Shown one piece after another: positions 11,375 to 22,500 of a stretch of DNA of 64,000 nt. The DNA comes from Selaginella moellendorffii. Lineage: Eukaryota; Plantae; Lycopodiophyta. Position numbers and translations under genes: made by a program. Location: positions 427,459-491,458 of the forward strand of contig NW_003314309.1 in assembly GCF_000143415.4 (NCBI RefSeq). Reading direction: 5' to 3'. Below the pieces are notes generated by a model. It saw nothing but the letters and a program-made list of their open reading frames with translations. It did no database searches and was not told the origin of the DNA. Each line of letters begins with the position of its first letter. Positions within the stretch are counted from its first letter, which is position 1.

Positions 11375-12559
11375 ATGTGCTCACTGCTTCCTCTCTGCTG
11401 CTCTAGAACAGAGTCCCCGGAGGCCGCCAGCGAACACGATGGTCACAACGAAGCTCTCATTGTTGGAGTGACCGGCATAGTTGGCAATAGCCTGGTCGAA
11501 GCTTTGCAGCGTCCCGACGCACCCGGAGCCCCCTGGAGAATCCGCGGCATCGCTCGCAGGCCCAGGCCCCGCTGGTTCGAGCACCCGGACGTCGACTATA
11601 TCCAGTGTAACCTGCTGAATCTGTCCGAAGTCACACCCAAGCTCTCCAGCCTCGACGGAGTGACTCATGTATTCTGGGTTGCCTGGGAAAAGAAGAGCAC
11701 CGAGGAGGAGAACTGCGAGGCCAATGGTTTCATGCTGCGATCTGTCCTCCAAACGCTGCTACCAGTTGCCAAGAGACTCAAGCACGTCTGCCTCCAAACC
11801 GGTGTCAAGCACTACCTGGGACCGTATTTTCACTTTGGCACCATCAAGCACTATCGGCCTCCATTCTGCGAGGACCTGCCCCGAGTCCCCGGCCTTCCAA
11901 ACTTCTACTACACTCTGGAGGATATCTTGTTCGAGGCATGCTCGCCGTCGTCGGGCATAACGTGGTCCGTCCACCGGCCTAACATAATCTTCGGCTTTGC
12001 TCCTCGGAACCACGCCAACGTTCTTGGCAGCTTGGCCATATATGCTGCTATCTGCAAACACCAGAAGCTCAGCTTTAATTTTCCAGGAAACCGGCAGTCG
12101 TGGGAGACGCTTACGAACGTTTCGGATGCCGACCTTGTTGCGGAGCAGGAGCTGTGGGCTGCAACGAATCCAAGCGCCAAGAATGAAGCGTTCAACGTTG
12201 CCGACGGAGACTGCACGAGCTGGGAGAGGCTCTGGGCTGTCATGGCTCGGGAGTTCAAGCTTGAGTGTCCGGCGTACGATGGAAAGCCGGTCAGTCTCGA
12301 ACAGCTTCTGAAGAATAAGAAAAACGTGTGGGAGCAGATCGTTGTCGAGAACGGCCTTCTCGAGACGGCAGTACAGGACGAGACGTGGTGGGCTGTCGAT
12401 TTGTGCCTCAACTTCCCGTTCCAGGTAGTCAGCTGCATGAACAAGAGCAAAGAACACGGCTTCCTCAGTTACAGGAACAGTGAAAAGTCCGTAATCTACT
12501 GGATACGAAAGATGAAAGAGAAGAATATCTTACCAGACGACAAATTTTGGACCAGCTGA
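11375..12559 (+). CDS. VEP1: Progesterone 5-beta-reductase / iridoid synthase-like SDR (PRISE, VEP1 family), single exon
   Basis: Family motifs ALIVGVTGIVG, GIARRP, VTHVFWV, LQTGVKHY (catalytic Lys), NFYYTLED (catalytic Tyr), WSVHRP, NEAFN, MNKSKEHGF. Intact 394-aa ORF. Confidence 0.95.
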   Translation: MCSLLPLCCSRTESPEAASEHDGHNEALIVGVTGIVGNSLVEALQRPDAPGAPWRIRGIARRPRPRWFEHPDVDYIQCNLLNLSEVTPKLSSLDGVTHVFWVAWEKKSTEEENCEANGFMLRSVLQTLLPVAKRLKHVCLQTGVKHYLGPYFHFGTIKHYRPPFCEDLPRVPGLPNFYYTLEDILFEACSPSSGITWSVHRPNIIFGFAPRNHANVLGSLAIYAAICKHQKLSFNFPGNRQSWETLTNVSDADLVAEQELWAATNPSAKNEAFNVADGDCTSWERLWAVMAREFKLECPAYDGKPVSLEQLLKNKKNVWEQIVVENGLLETAVQDETWWAVDLCLNFPFQVVSCMNKSKEHGFLSYRNSEKSVIYWIRKMKEKNILPDDKFWTS

Positions 12560-12724
12560 GTCGTTGCTCGTGCGGTCCGAATGCTCTGGCCCATCTAATA
12601 AGAATTACGTGCTTCCCTTCTCCACCCTTTCAAACTTTAAGAGAACAAAAAATCCGAAGAATCCAGCTGTCCTTCGCTATCTAACTTTCCAAATCCTGCT
12701 TATCTTACACCTGTAAGTGACGTA

Positions 12725-15340
12725 TCAGGACGGTCTGTCTAGAAAGACCGACTCCACCGATCGAAGCCCCTGATAACTGGCGTCAAACACGAGCTCCCCA
12801 GTTCCCACAGGCTTGGTCTGCTTCTTGAACTTGAGAAAAGCCAACGTGCTCGGATCGGTATCGATGGACTCCTCCACCCGCTTCTTATCCTTGAAATCGT
12901 CGTGCTTGTCCAGGTACCCACGCTGCATTTGCTTCCGGATAACAGCAGGCTTCCCAGCTTGAACAGCACTAGAAGGTAAATCCCGGTTGGAAATTGTCCC
13001 GTTAATGTTTGGCGCCAACGCCAAAGGCGCCTCTGGTCTCTCATTTAAATCTATCCTCTCCGAAAACTTCTTCCTCGATTCGTTTAAACTCTGCACGAAA
13101 CGGTGCTGTAAATCAACACAAAAGTACATAGTAGAAAACGCTTACTTGTTTCTGCAAAGCTTTTCTCCTTTCTTTCGCTCTGTAAACAGCATTCTTGATC
13201 CCGTCCTTGTCCATCCAGCCTTCAGGCCATAGATCAGCCAGCTGGAAAAAAATAAAAATAAAAAAAATTCAAGAATATAGTAGGGTGGAGAAATTTGGAC
13301 ACAACAAACCTCCATATAGAGCTTGCGACTTTGAGTACCTCTATTTTCATCAGTTCCCTGCAGAGGAATAACACTTAACACCTTCAAACGTTGCAATAGC
13401 AAGTAAACCTCAAGGTACTGATCATAGAGTTCGCAGATCCGGTCTTCTGTAGCTTGGTCCCATTTGTAGTTCTTTTCACCAACTCCTTGAACGTCGTTGG
13501 AGAATCCTTCTTCAGCCTGACGGTTTTCCAACAATTAATGAACCCATTTAACATTATTATACCTTTGCCTGTATCGATTGTACCCTTGAGCGAACAATTT
13601 CTGTCAAGTCACGCTTCATATGCGACAAACGATGTTCCTTTTCGTGCTTAGCGACTAAGCCCATTTCGACCATCTCCTTCAAATTTCTCTACAGATGTAA
13701 AGAAGAAAAACATCATTCTAGTAAACAACAGGGTGGAGAAAAGTACCTTAAGTGTCTTCAACTGCATCAGATGACCAAGTATGCTCATCAAACGATCGAT
13801 AAGCTCGTCAGGAACTTTTCCTTGCCTCGCCTACAAAAGCACAACGGGACTCAGAATCGGTTCGTAAATATCTTTACTGCATACCGCAAGTCTAGCAACT
13901 TTCGCTATTTTGGCCTTTATTTCCCTTGGCAAACGCCTTACTTTTCCGGTGGCATTTGGCTCTAGAACATCTGGAATCGGACGCACTAGTACAAAGAGCC
14001 ACATTAGAAATCATCACAAAATATATAACTTCCTTACGCTGAGCAACTCCAGCTTTTAGATCTTGAATGGCCCTTTCCAAAAGTGACACTTTCGCTGTCG
14101 AGCGTTTTTGGGGATCAACGCTCGAGTTTCCTAACGTTGAATTCTGCTAAACAAAAGTTAGAACAGCCACTTAGATCTTTCAGACTTACCGCTGACGAAG
14201 AAACTTTGCAGGCATCTGCACCCGAATATGCCTTCACAAACTTTGGCCGGCTCGGACTTCCAACAGCGCTCTTCTTTAGAGCTACCTCATTTCTCTCGTT
14301 TTCCTTGGTGCGGGAGCTGTTCTTCGTCAACCCTTTCAACGACACATTTTTTGATATGTAATTGGCTTCCCTGCAACTACTCCCGTCCCTTGAGAAAAAC
14401 TTGTTGTAGTCGAAGGAAAAAGCATCATTTCCAGCTGCCTGTCGAACCTGCGTTTCCGACTGCTTGTTTACTAGACATTCCCCGATTCCATCCGAAGAAG
14501 GCCTGTCAACGCTTTCTTGCTCTACCCTTCCAACAGCTTTTGATTTCTTTGAAGAATCCTGAGCATGCATTTCAGATCCACTGGTTTTCACCTCCTTGCG
14601 TTTCCTCTTCTTTGGAACAGGTAAACAAGGCGGATTGGGTTCTCTGCAATAACGATGATAAAACTTCAAACGAAAACGCTATGAATCGAATTCAGGTCTT
14701 ACATATTTTCTAGCTTCCCTTTGTTGATAAAGAACCCGCTGTGCTTCGTTTTAGCATAGTCCACAGAGAAGTACTCGTCCTGCATGTTGAGATAAGAACA
14801 TAGAAATCTTTCGAGCAGCAAGTAGTCGTACCAGCTCCTTGTCATCTATGAATGAATCGTCTGTATTATACTGATCATCATCCGGGACGTTGTCAAGGTG
14901 ATTGTCGACAATTTCATCGTCACTTTCTTGTCCTTGTCCCTGTCAAGAGCAAGCTTTTAAGAGATCAAGCTACCAGATAGAAGAATCTATAACCTGATAA
15001 AGGCGTTCTATCTTCTCAATGACGTTACTAAAACGATTTGGACCTCCTCGTGGCTCTTTGCATAGCAGCACCGTCTGATCATCACAGGAGCAGAGAGCTT
15101 CTTTATGGAAGGGAAAGAAAGAAAAAAAATCTCGCTTACCTCTGGTGCCAAGCGAGCTTCCAATGCTGGATTAGCACCGGGAGGAGCCTCAGCGGCAGGA
15201 GGGGGTGGAGCACTCTTGAGGAGCTTCTTCCACGACACCACATTCGAGGTAAGCTCCACATGAAACCTCTGCCTCCCGGATTCCGTCCCGGCAAAGGGCG
15301 ACGCCTGGAAAGCAGTCACGAATCCAGAGCCCTCGGGCAT
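12725..15340 (-). CDS. UBN: Ubinuclein (HPC2/UBN subunit of the HIRA H3.3 chaperone complex), multi-exon
   Basis: RQRFHVEL..VVSWKKLL, PGANPALEARLAP, NRFSNVIEKIERLY, the HPC2/HRD motif DDQYNTDDSFIDD, and UBN-middle motifs YKWDQATEDRICELYD and LWPEGWMDK.GIKNAVYRAKERRK, separated by short GT-AG introns. The last-exon boundary is less certain. Confidence 0.9.
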
Positions 15341-15887
15341 TTTCGATAGGGAAGCGAGAGATCAAAACGCCAGATTCTAGCCCGGCATTCCACTCCTGCT
15401 CTTCACCGATCCCTAAAATCTCTTGAGACCTTGCGACAAAAACCTGGATTATGCCGGTTAGCGGTGCCAGATCTTCCGCGAGCTAGGGTTCCTGAGATGG
15501 CGCACCTGAATTTCACCGAAGAAATGCCACTGGCAGCGCCTACTCAACCGCGCGAGACCAGGAATCAAACACGCGCCTCCATCCGGGAGAGCGCGACGAA
15601 CAAACGTTACCTAATATGTAGCGTCCCACCTCTCTCTCCAGGCATACTTATAAAACCTTCAAAGACCAAGCACTCTCGAGAGCAGCCTGTTTAGGAATCG
15701 AGCTCTGGACCGTTTTGTGGAACGAATCCAGGCCGTTGATGTCTCTCCATCCAGGCCGTCCGTCTACTCTTCTTCTTTGGCGCCCAATGGGCTAGGGTTT
15801 AAGGCGCGACGACGCGAGAAGAGGTAAGGAAATGCGCAAGATTTTTATTGATGAACACCTTGCCGATTCCTTGCAGCGGTCCTCGCC
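15341..15887. promoter_or_regulatory. Bidirectional promoter (UBN / TOP6B) with telo-boxes and site-II-like motifs
   Basis: Divergent ATGs at 15340 and 15888. CTAGGGTT at ~15483 and ~15792. GCCCAATGGGC at ~15782-15792. Confidence 0.5.
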
Positions 15888-18790
15888 ATGGATTCTAAGA
15901 AGGTTAAGGCGACGAAGACGCAGGATCCCGCTCTAAAGCAAAGTCTGTGAGATCCTTCGCTCTTGGGGATGAATGCTGATGGATTTTGACTGCGTTTTTG
16001 TAGAGTCGCCAGCGGAATTTTTCTCCGAGAACAAGAACATCGCGGGTTTTGATAATGTATGTAGACTTTGATTTCTATTTGTTTTTTGATCCAAGTTCTG
16101 CAGCCTGGGAAAAGCTTGTACACGACAGTGCGTGAACTGGTCGAGAATGCTCTAGATTCGGCCGAATCCATTGCGGAGCTTCCAACGATCGAGGTCACAA
16201 TGTGAGTTCTTCCTTTTCTTTCTCTTTATTTTCTCTCTTCTGGTCTCAAATTTTCCAGTGAAGAGATAAGCAAGTCCAAGTTTAACGCTATGATTGGACT
16301 GGTCGACCATGAGCGAGTCGATGCGGAGCTTTATGATGACTACGAAAACGAGAAAGCCCGCGAGGTATATTTCTGCCAAGAAGGTCATTTTAAACTCGCT
16401 TTCATCCTGTAAACTTTCAGAAAAGATTGGCTAAAGAAGCTCGTGAGCAAGAACGCCAAGCGAAGGCCATTGCAGCTGGTAAAAAAGTCACTGTTCCTAA
16501 GGCTGGGAAAGGCCGTGGAGATACAGTTTTTTACAAAGTTTCTTGCAAGGTGAGGTTTTTCGTTTTCTGGAATTCTCACGATGATTGGAGTACCCACTCG
16601 CTTTCAGGACAACGGCAAGGGAATGCCACACGATGACATACCAAACATGCTTGGTCGAGGTATTATTCTGTATATTGGAAGTCATTTTGATGGTTTGTTT
16701 CTCAGTGCTATCTGGCACAAAATACGGGCTCAAACAAACTCGGGGCAAATTTGGACTCGGAGCAAAAATGGTATCCGCAACATCTTTTGTTAAACGATGT
16801 AACCGAGAAGTCTCATGCAGGCACTGATATGGTCGAAAATGAGTACTGGCCTGCCCATCGAGATTTCGAGTGCTATGAAGGGGCAGAAATTCATTTCCTT
16901 TTGTCGTTTAGACATTGACATCCACAAGTAAGATGCTGGAGTTTAAAGAACGTTTAACGAGTTTTCTTTCCTTTGTGCAGGAACATTCCTAATGTTCATG
17001 TACTTGAAAAGAAGCCCAATACTACTGGCTGGCACGGGGCCGAAATTCATGTAACCATTGAAGGGAATTGGACGACTTATCGGGTGAGTTTCTTTTCTTC
17101 TCTTTTCTTTTTTTTTTGTTTTTCTGATGTGCATTTGCAGTCCAAAGTTATAAGCTACATGCGGCAAATGGCTGTCATCACACCGTATGCACAGTTCCTA
17201 TTTCGCTACAGAGCAGGGACTCCAGAGTATGTGTATTCTCGTTGTCCTAGTGCCTTGCTGATCGGTGGATACTCAGAAAGAATGTAAGCGTACAGTTTGT
17301 GAGGAGGACCGATGTTATGCCTCCTGCACCTCCAGAGACCAAGTATCATCCATCTGCTGTGGATTTACTCTTGATCAAGCGACTTATTGCCGAAAAGTCG
17401 AAGCAAACGTTGATCCAGTATTTGCAGCAGGACTTTGTTTCAATCAACAAGTCTTATGCGGAACGTCTCATCGGTAAGCCTAATGCAACTGTTTCAGATC
17501 CTGACCTCTGGTTTTCCAGGTGAAATGGGCCCTGATTTCACTCCAAAAATGCTGGTAAAAGATCTTACCGACCAGCAGCTCGTTCGTATACATCAACTCT
17601 TTAGACAAGCTAAGTTCGACGATCCCGACGGTGATGTGAGTAAAACTTTTCTCTGTCATATAGCTAACCGTGCATCTGTTTAGTGCTTAAGTCCCGCCGG
17701 AGAATACAACCTGCGCCTTGGAATTACAAAAGAGTTGCACCCAGACATGGTCGCCACTTGCCAAGGGAAGTAAGTTAATTTCCTACCTGACTAGAACAGC
17801 GAAATGAGCTTTGGCTTTGACAGTGTTCAGGTCTTTGAAGGACATCCATTCATTGTTGAGGCAGCAGTGAGCTTAGGAGGGAAAAGCGTAAAGCCAGTAA
17901 GTCCGCTGGTAATCTTTGTCTGGGCCTCACGTATCTAAATGAACAGGGCTTGAATATTTTCCGCTTTGCAAACCGAATCCCTCTTCTCTTTGAACAAGGT
18001 GGCGATGTAATTACTAGAACAGCAACGAAACGAATCAGGTTAGCATTTTTCTTTTCCATGATTTATAATCCCGTTCATTGTTTTGCAGCTGGAGCGCATA
18101 CAAGATCAGCCACCTACAGGACAAGGTTGGAGTTTTTGTCAGCATTGTTAGCACAAAGATACCTTTCAAAGGAACTGGTAAAGAGTACATTGGAGATGAT
18201 ATTACTGAAATAGCATCCGGAGTCAAGGTTGATCTGTTACTACGTTCGGCTGTGCTCTGACTCGGCTCTTCATTTCAGTCTGCTATACAACAGTGCTGCA
18301 TACAGTTGAAAGCAAAGCTCGTCCGTCAGAAAGCTGCTCGAGATAAACTTGAACGGAAGAAAAACCTTTCCAGGTATTACAAAGTTTCAATCTGCTTGGC
18401 TATTGAAAGAAAACTTGTAGGTACATCCCTGACGTCTCAAGAGCAATTTACGGGGTTCTCGCAAGCATTGCAAATGAACGGGAAGCGAAGAGGCAAAAAT
18501 ATGAACCTGATAGTCGGGAGATTTTGCATAAAGTCGCGGATAAAGAAGTTACCGAGGTAACTTTGTCACGAAAGCTTACGCAGTATGTTGATCAGGTAAG
18601 TATAGGATTTTCTTTCTTTTCCGCTATTTTCATTATTTTACAGGTGGATGCCGAGTTGGCTCTTGATTATGCTACTCAAAGTGGACTTGTCAAGGCACGA
18701 GAGCCCATTTCCTTGGCAGGAGTAGACTGGAATCAAGCAAATTATCTCGAGCTTCACAGCCCAGTATGCGTCATGAAGTTGCTCTCCTGA
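15888..18790 (+). CDS. TOP6B: DNA topoisomerase VI subunit B (~19 exons)
   Basis: Spliced product: MDSKK...QKSPAEFFSENKNIAGFDNPGKSLYTTVRELVENALDSAE (GHKL N-box), DNGKGM, LSGTKYGLKQTRGKFGLGAKMALIWSKMSTG, YMRQMAVITPYA, FRFANRIPLLFEQG, STKIPFKGTGKEYIGDD, ending CVMKLLS* at 18790. Confidence 0.97.
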
Positions 18791-19513
18791 CCATACATGG
18801 TGAGTTGTACTCCGAGCTCTTCCGATGGCATTATTTCATCAAGAGGTATGCATGTCTTGTCTCATGTTTGAGAAATTTTGCAACTTTGACTAATGATCCG
18901 GACAAAGATATTGGTGCTTGGTACTAAACTTGTTGATCTTAGTCATTGCAAGTGATCCGTCTCAAAAATTATAAAATTAAAACAAAAACATTTTAAAAAA
19001 AATCAAAAAGTGTTTCTTTTTGCTACGACATTTCATGCCTTCATGTTACTATATATTCAGCTATAAGCTAAGGAACAAAAGTATCTAAATTGGGGGCTTA
19101 GTTTGGTCACTACACACTGTTTTTAAATCTTGTTTATTCTCAACTCTAATATTATTGCAAGATCCTAGAAAATGACAAGATCCCCTAAATTAAAGCTCAT
19201 GGTTCTTTGAAGGGTCATGTATTCATTGAAGGCTTTTAAGTGATTTACCTTTCAAAATTTCAGAGTCTGCAGTTACACATGGCTTCATTTTTAATGCTAA
19301 TATTATAACATTTTTTAGAAAAATCCTTGCACTTTTTAGCCTGATTACAGACATTATTACAAAACAAAGATAATTCTTTGCATACCAGTGGCGACAGAAA
19401 CATAATATTCAAACCTTAATCAACCATATAGTTGAAGTTGTGGTTAAATAGCTTAGTTAATATAACATTAATAAAAATTAAGTAACATTATTCTAAATTT
19501 TTTTATTAAATGT

Positions 19514-22500
19514 TGTGAGGGCCAAGTGTATGGTTACAATGCCGTATACTAATATTAGCGTAGTGGGATTTTGGTAGCCATCGGATTGGTTTCAATCTGG
19601 ACCACTCACTCCTGTATATAAGCTAGGGTTTTTGGGCTAATTAATATGCACATTTCTATATTCCCTTTCTATATTCCAAGCACTCACATTGGTGGAGGTA
19701 AGGGGCACCTTTGATTGTCCCTGAGGAGTGCTTAGATTTGGGATTTTGGTTTAGATCTAACTTTTGCATCATCTAGATCTAGCTTTTTCCATTTCCTTTT
19801 TTTTGTTCTTTCTTTTCAAGGTTTTGGTTTAGATCTAGCTTTTTGCATTGTCTAGATCTACCATTTCCTTTTAGCTTTTTGTCATTTCTCTTCTTTTGCT
19901 CTTTCTTTTTCATTCATCTTCATGGCAGATCAGCAATCTCCTCCTTTGACTTTAGAACAACAGTTGGTACAATTGCTGATGCTATGCGCTTGCAATTGAA
20001 CAATCAAACTCAGTTGATGGCGGTGTTCATGGCACGTGGTACAACTCCTGCTCTTGGTGCCAATCCTCACGTTCGGCCGGAGTTCTTTCGCGGGAATCTT
20101 GGGGATGATGTGTACCATTAGTTTGATCACTTCACGGTGATTGCCACATATCATTCTTGGGATGATGCTCGACGATTGCGTGAGTTTCCCATGTGTCTCC
20201 AAGGGACGGCGTTGCAGTGGTACAATGGTTTGAGCGCAGCCACTCGTGAGGATTGGAGTGTTCTCCCAGACGTCTTCAAACGCGCCTTCGGACATGCCAA
20301 TGATTGTGATGATGCCTTCTAACAATTGCATCGTCTTCGCCAAGGGCCGTCTGAGTCGGTGATGCAATTTGGCGTTCGTTTCCAAAGTCTTTTGCTTCGT
20401 GCGGAGCCAAATATGTCGGAGCGGATCAAGCTAGGAATGTTGTGGCCAGCACTTCGTCAAAATCTTGTCGGACTTATGCATGCACTTGCTCCTGCCACGA
20501 CGATGCTCTTCACTTGGCACAACGTTATGAGATGTCGCCTCTTCCACTTCTCGCTGCACGTCCTTCCGCTCCACTTCCTATGGGTGATGGTCCTGTTCCA
20601 ATGGAGGTTGATGCTGCTGTTGCTCGAGTCCAAGGACAAGCGCGAGGACGTGGTCATGGCCGTGATGTTCACTGCTGGGCGTGTGATGAAGTTGGTCATA
20701 CTTATCGGTGTTGCCGTCGTTTTCCGGATTGGCAACCTTCATTTCCTAGGTGGAGACTTTGGCGTCAACAACGTCCCATGGGTGCTGCTGCAATGGAAGG
20801 TCTGGACACCGAGATGCATCCGGGAAATGAGGAGTCGCACGAGTAACGGAGGGACCTTGCGCGAATAAATCAGTGACCCCTCCATCTTTCTTTTGGGAGT
20901 ATCATCAAGGGGTTCACTCGGCACCAGTTCATCTAGTGTTTACTTTCCAAACTCGTTTTTATAACAAAAGGTCTCCTATTATTCTCTCTGTGTTGGTTGA
21001 TACAGGTTCAAGTTTATCTTCTATTGCTCAACCTGTTGCCACACGTTGTCGTCTACACTTGTGTCGTGCGGCGGAACCAGTTTTCATTCTTTATGGCAAC
21101 GGCCGTACACATGCATGTGCACGGGATGAGGTGGACCTGGTTGTGTGTGTGGGCAATCTCGAGCTTGAGTTGCAGTCGTTACGGGTGGTGCTGAGTCAAG
21201 CTTTTGACCTCATTCTTGGTATGGATTGGTTGCAACGCAATCATGCCAAGTGTGACTTTGAGGCTTCTCCCCCTTGTTTCATACTTCCTTATATTTCATC
21301 CATTCCTCTCACTTCCATACCTCTTCGTCCCTCTATTTCTACCTTTGCTTCCATTACTTTTATTCCCCCACTCTTTCCTTCTGTGTTTCCATCTTGTTCT
21401 GCTTTTCCCTTTTCCGATCCCTCCGACGATCTTTGTGTTGCAGCAGTTGACCGGCTCATGAAAGAGTATTCTAATCTCTTTGAATTTGACCTATCGTCTG
21501 GAGCCAAGATTGCCACACGTCATCCGATTCCAACCGGGGATGCTCGTCCAATCAAGGTTCCTATTCGTCGTCGGTCACCTAAGGAGATCAAGATTTTACG
21601 AGTAAATGTCAAGGAAATGCTAGAGAAGGGTGTTATTCGGAAGTCGCGGAGTCCTTGGGCATGTGAACCTCATCTTGTGATGAAGCCTGATGGGAGTATT
21701 CGTTTCTGCATCGACTATCGTCCGTTAAACGAAGTGACGATCCCAGATATGTATCCTCTTCCTCACATGGCTGATCTTTTGGATCGTCTGGGGCAAAGTC
21801 GTTGGTTCACCAAGCTAGATCTTGCTTCTGGGTATTGGCAAGTACCGATGGCCGAAGAAGATATTCCTAAGACTGCTTTTCGTACACCATTTGGTTTGTA
21901 CGAGTTCTTGGTGATGCCGTTTGGTTTGAACAATGCTCCAGCAACTTTCCAGCGGATGATGGATGAGGTTTTTTGCAATATGCCGGAGGTGACTGCTAAC
22001 TTCATTGATGATGTCTTGATCCACTCGGAGGGGACGTGGGAGGAGCACGTTCGTGATGTTTATAAAGTGTTGGATCAGCTACGCGACGTTGGTTTGAAGC
22101 TGAAGCGGTCAAAGTGCGTGTTTGGGTCCAAGGACACAACTTATCTTGGGTGCCTGTATTTCTCATGAGGGTTTGCAAGTTGATCCTGACAAACTTGTGG
22201 CTGTTCTAAAGTTCCTTACCCCAAAGTGTGTGAATGATGTGCAACATTTTTTGGGTAAGGTGCAGTATCTCGGTTGTTTTGTGGATCATCTTTCCGATCG
22301 CACTACACTATTGCGAGCGTTGCTGAAGTCATCAACGTCATCTTTCATCTGGTCTCCGGATTGTGAGTGGGTGTTCGTGGATCTCAAAGAGCTATTGACG
22401 ACTCCCCCAGTTTTGGCATATCCTGACTATACTCGACCTTTTATTTTGCGCGTGGATGCTTCTGACATTGGTCTTGGAGGTGTGTTAATGCAAGAGAGCT

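Noticed and set aside
11381-12457. Antisense ORFs over the PRISE, ZIP and ATPase genes
   Set aside because: These are shadow ORFs expected opposite GC-rich coding sequence and show no recognisable motifs.
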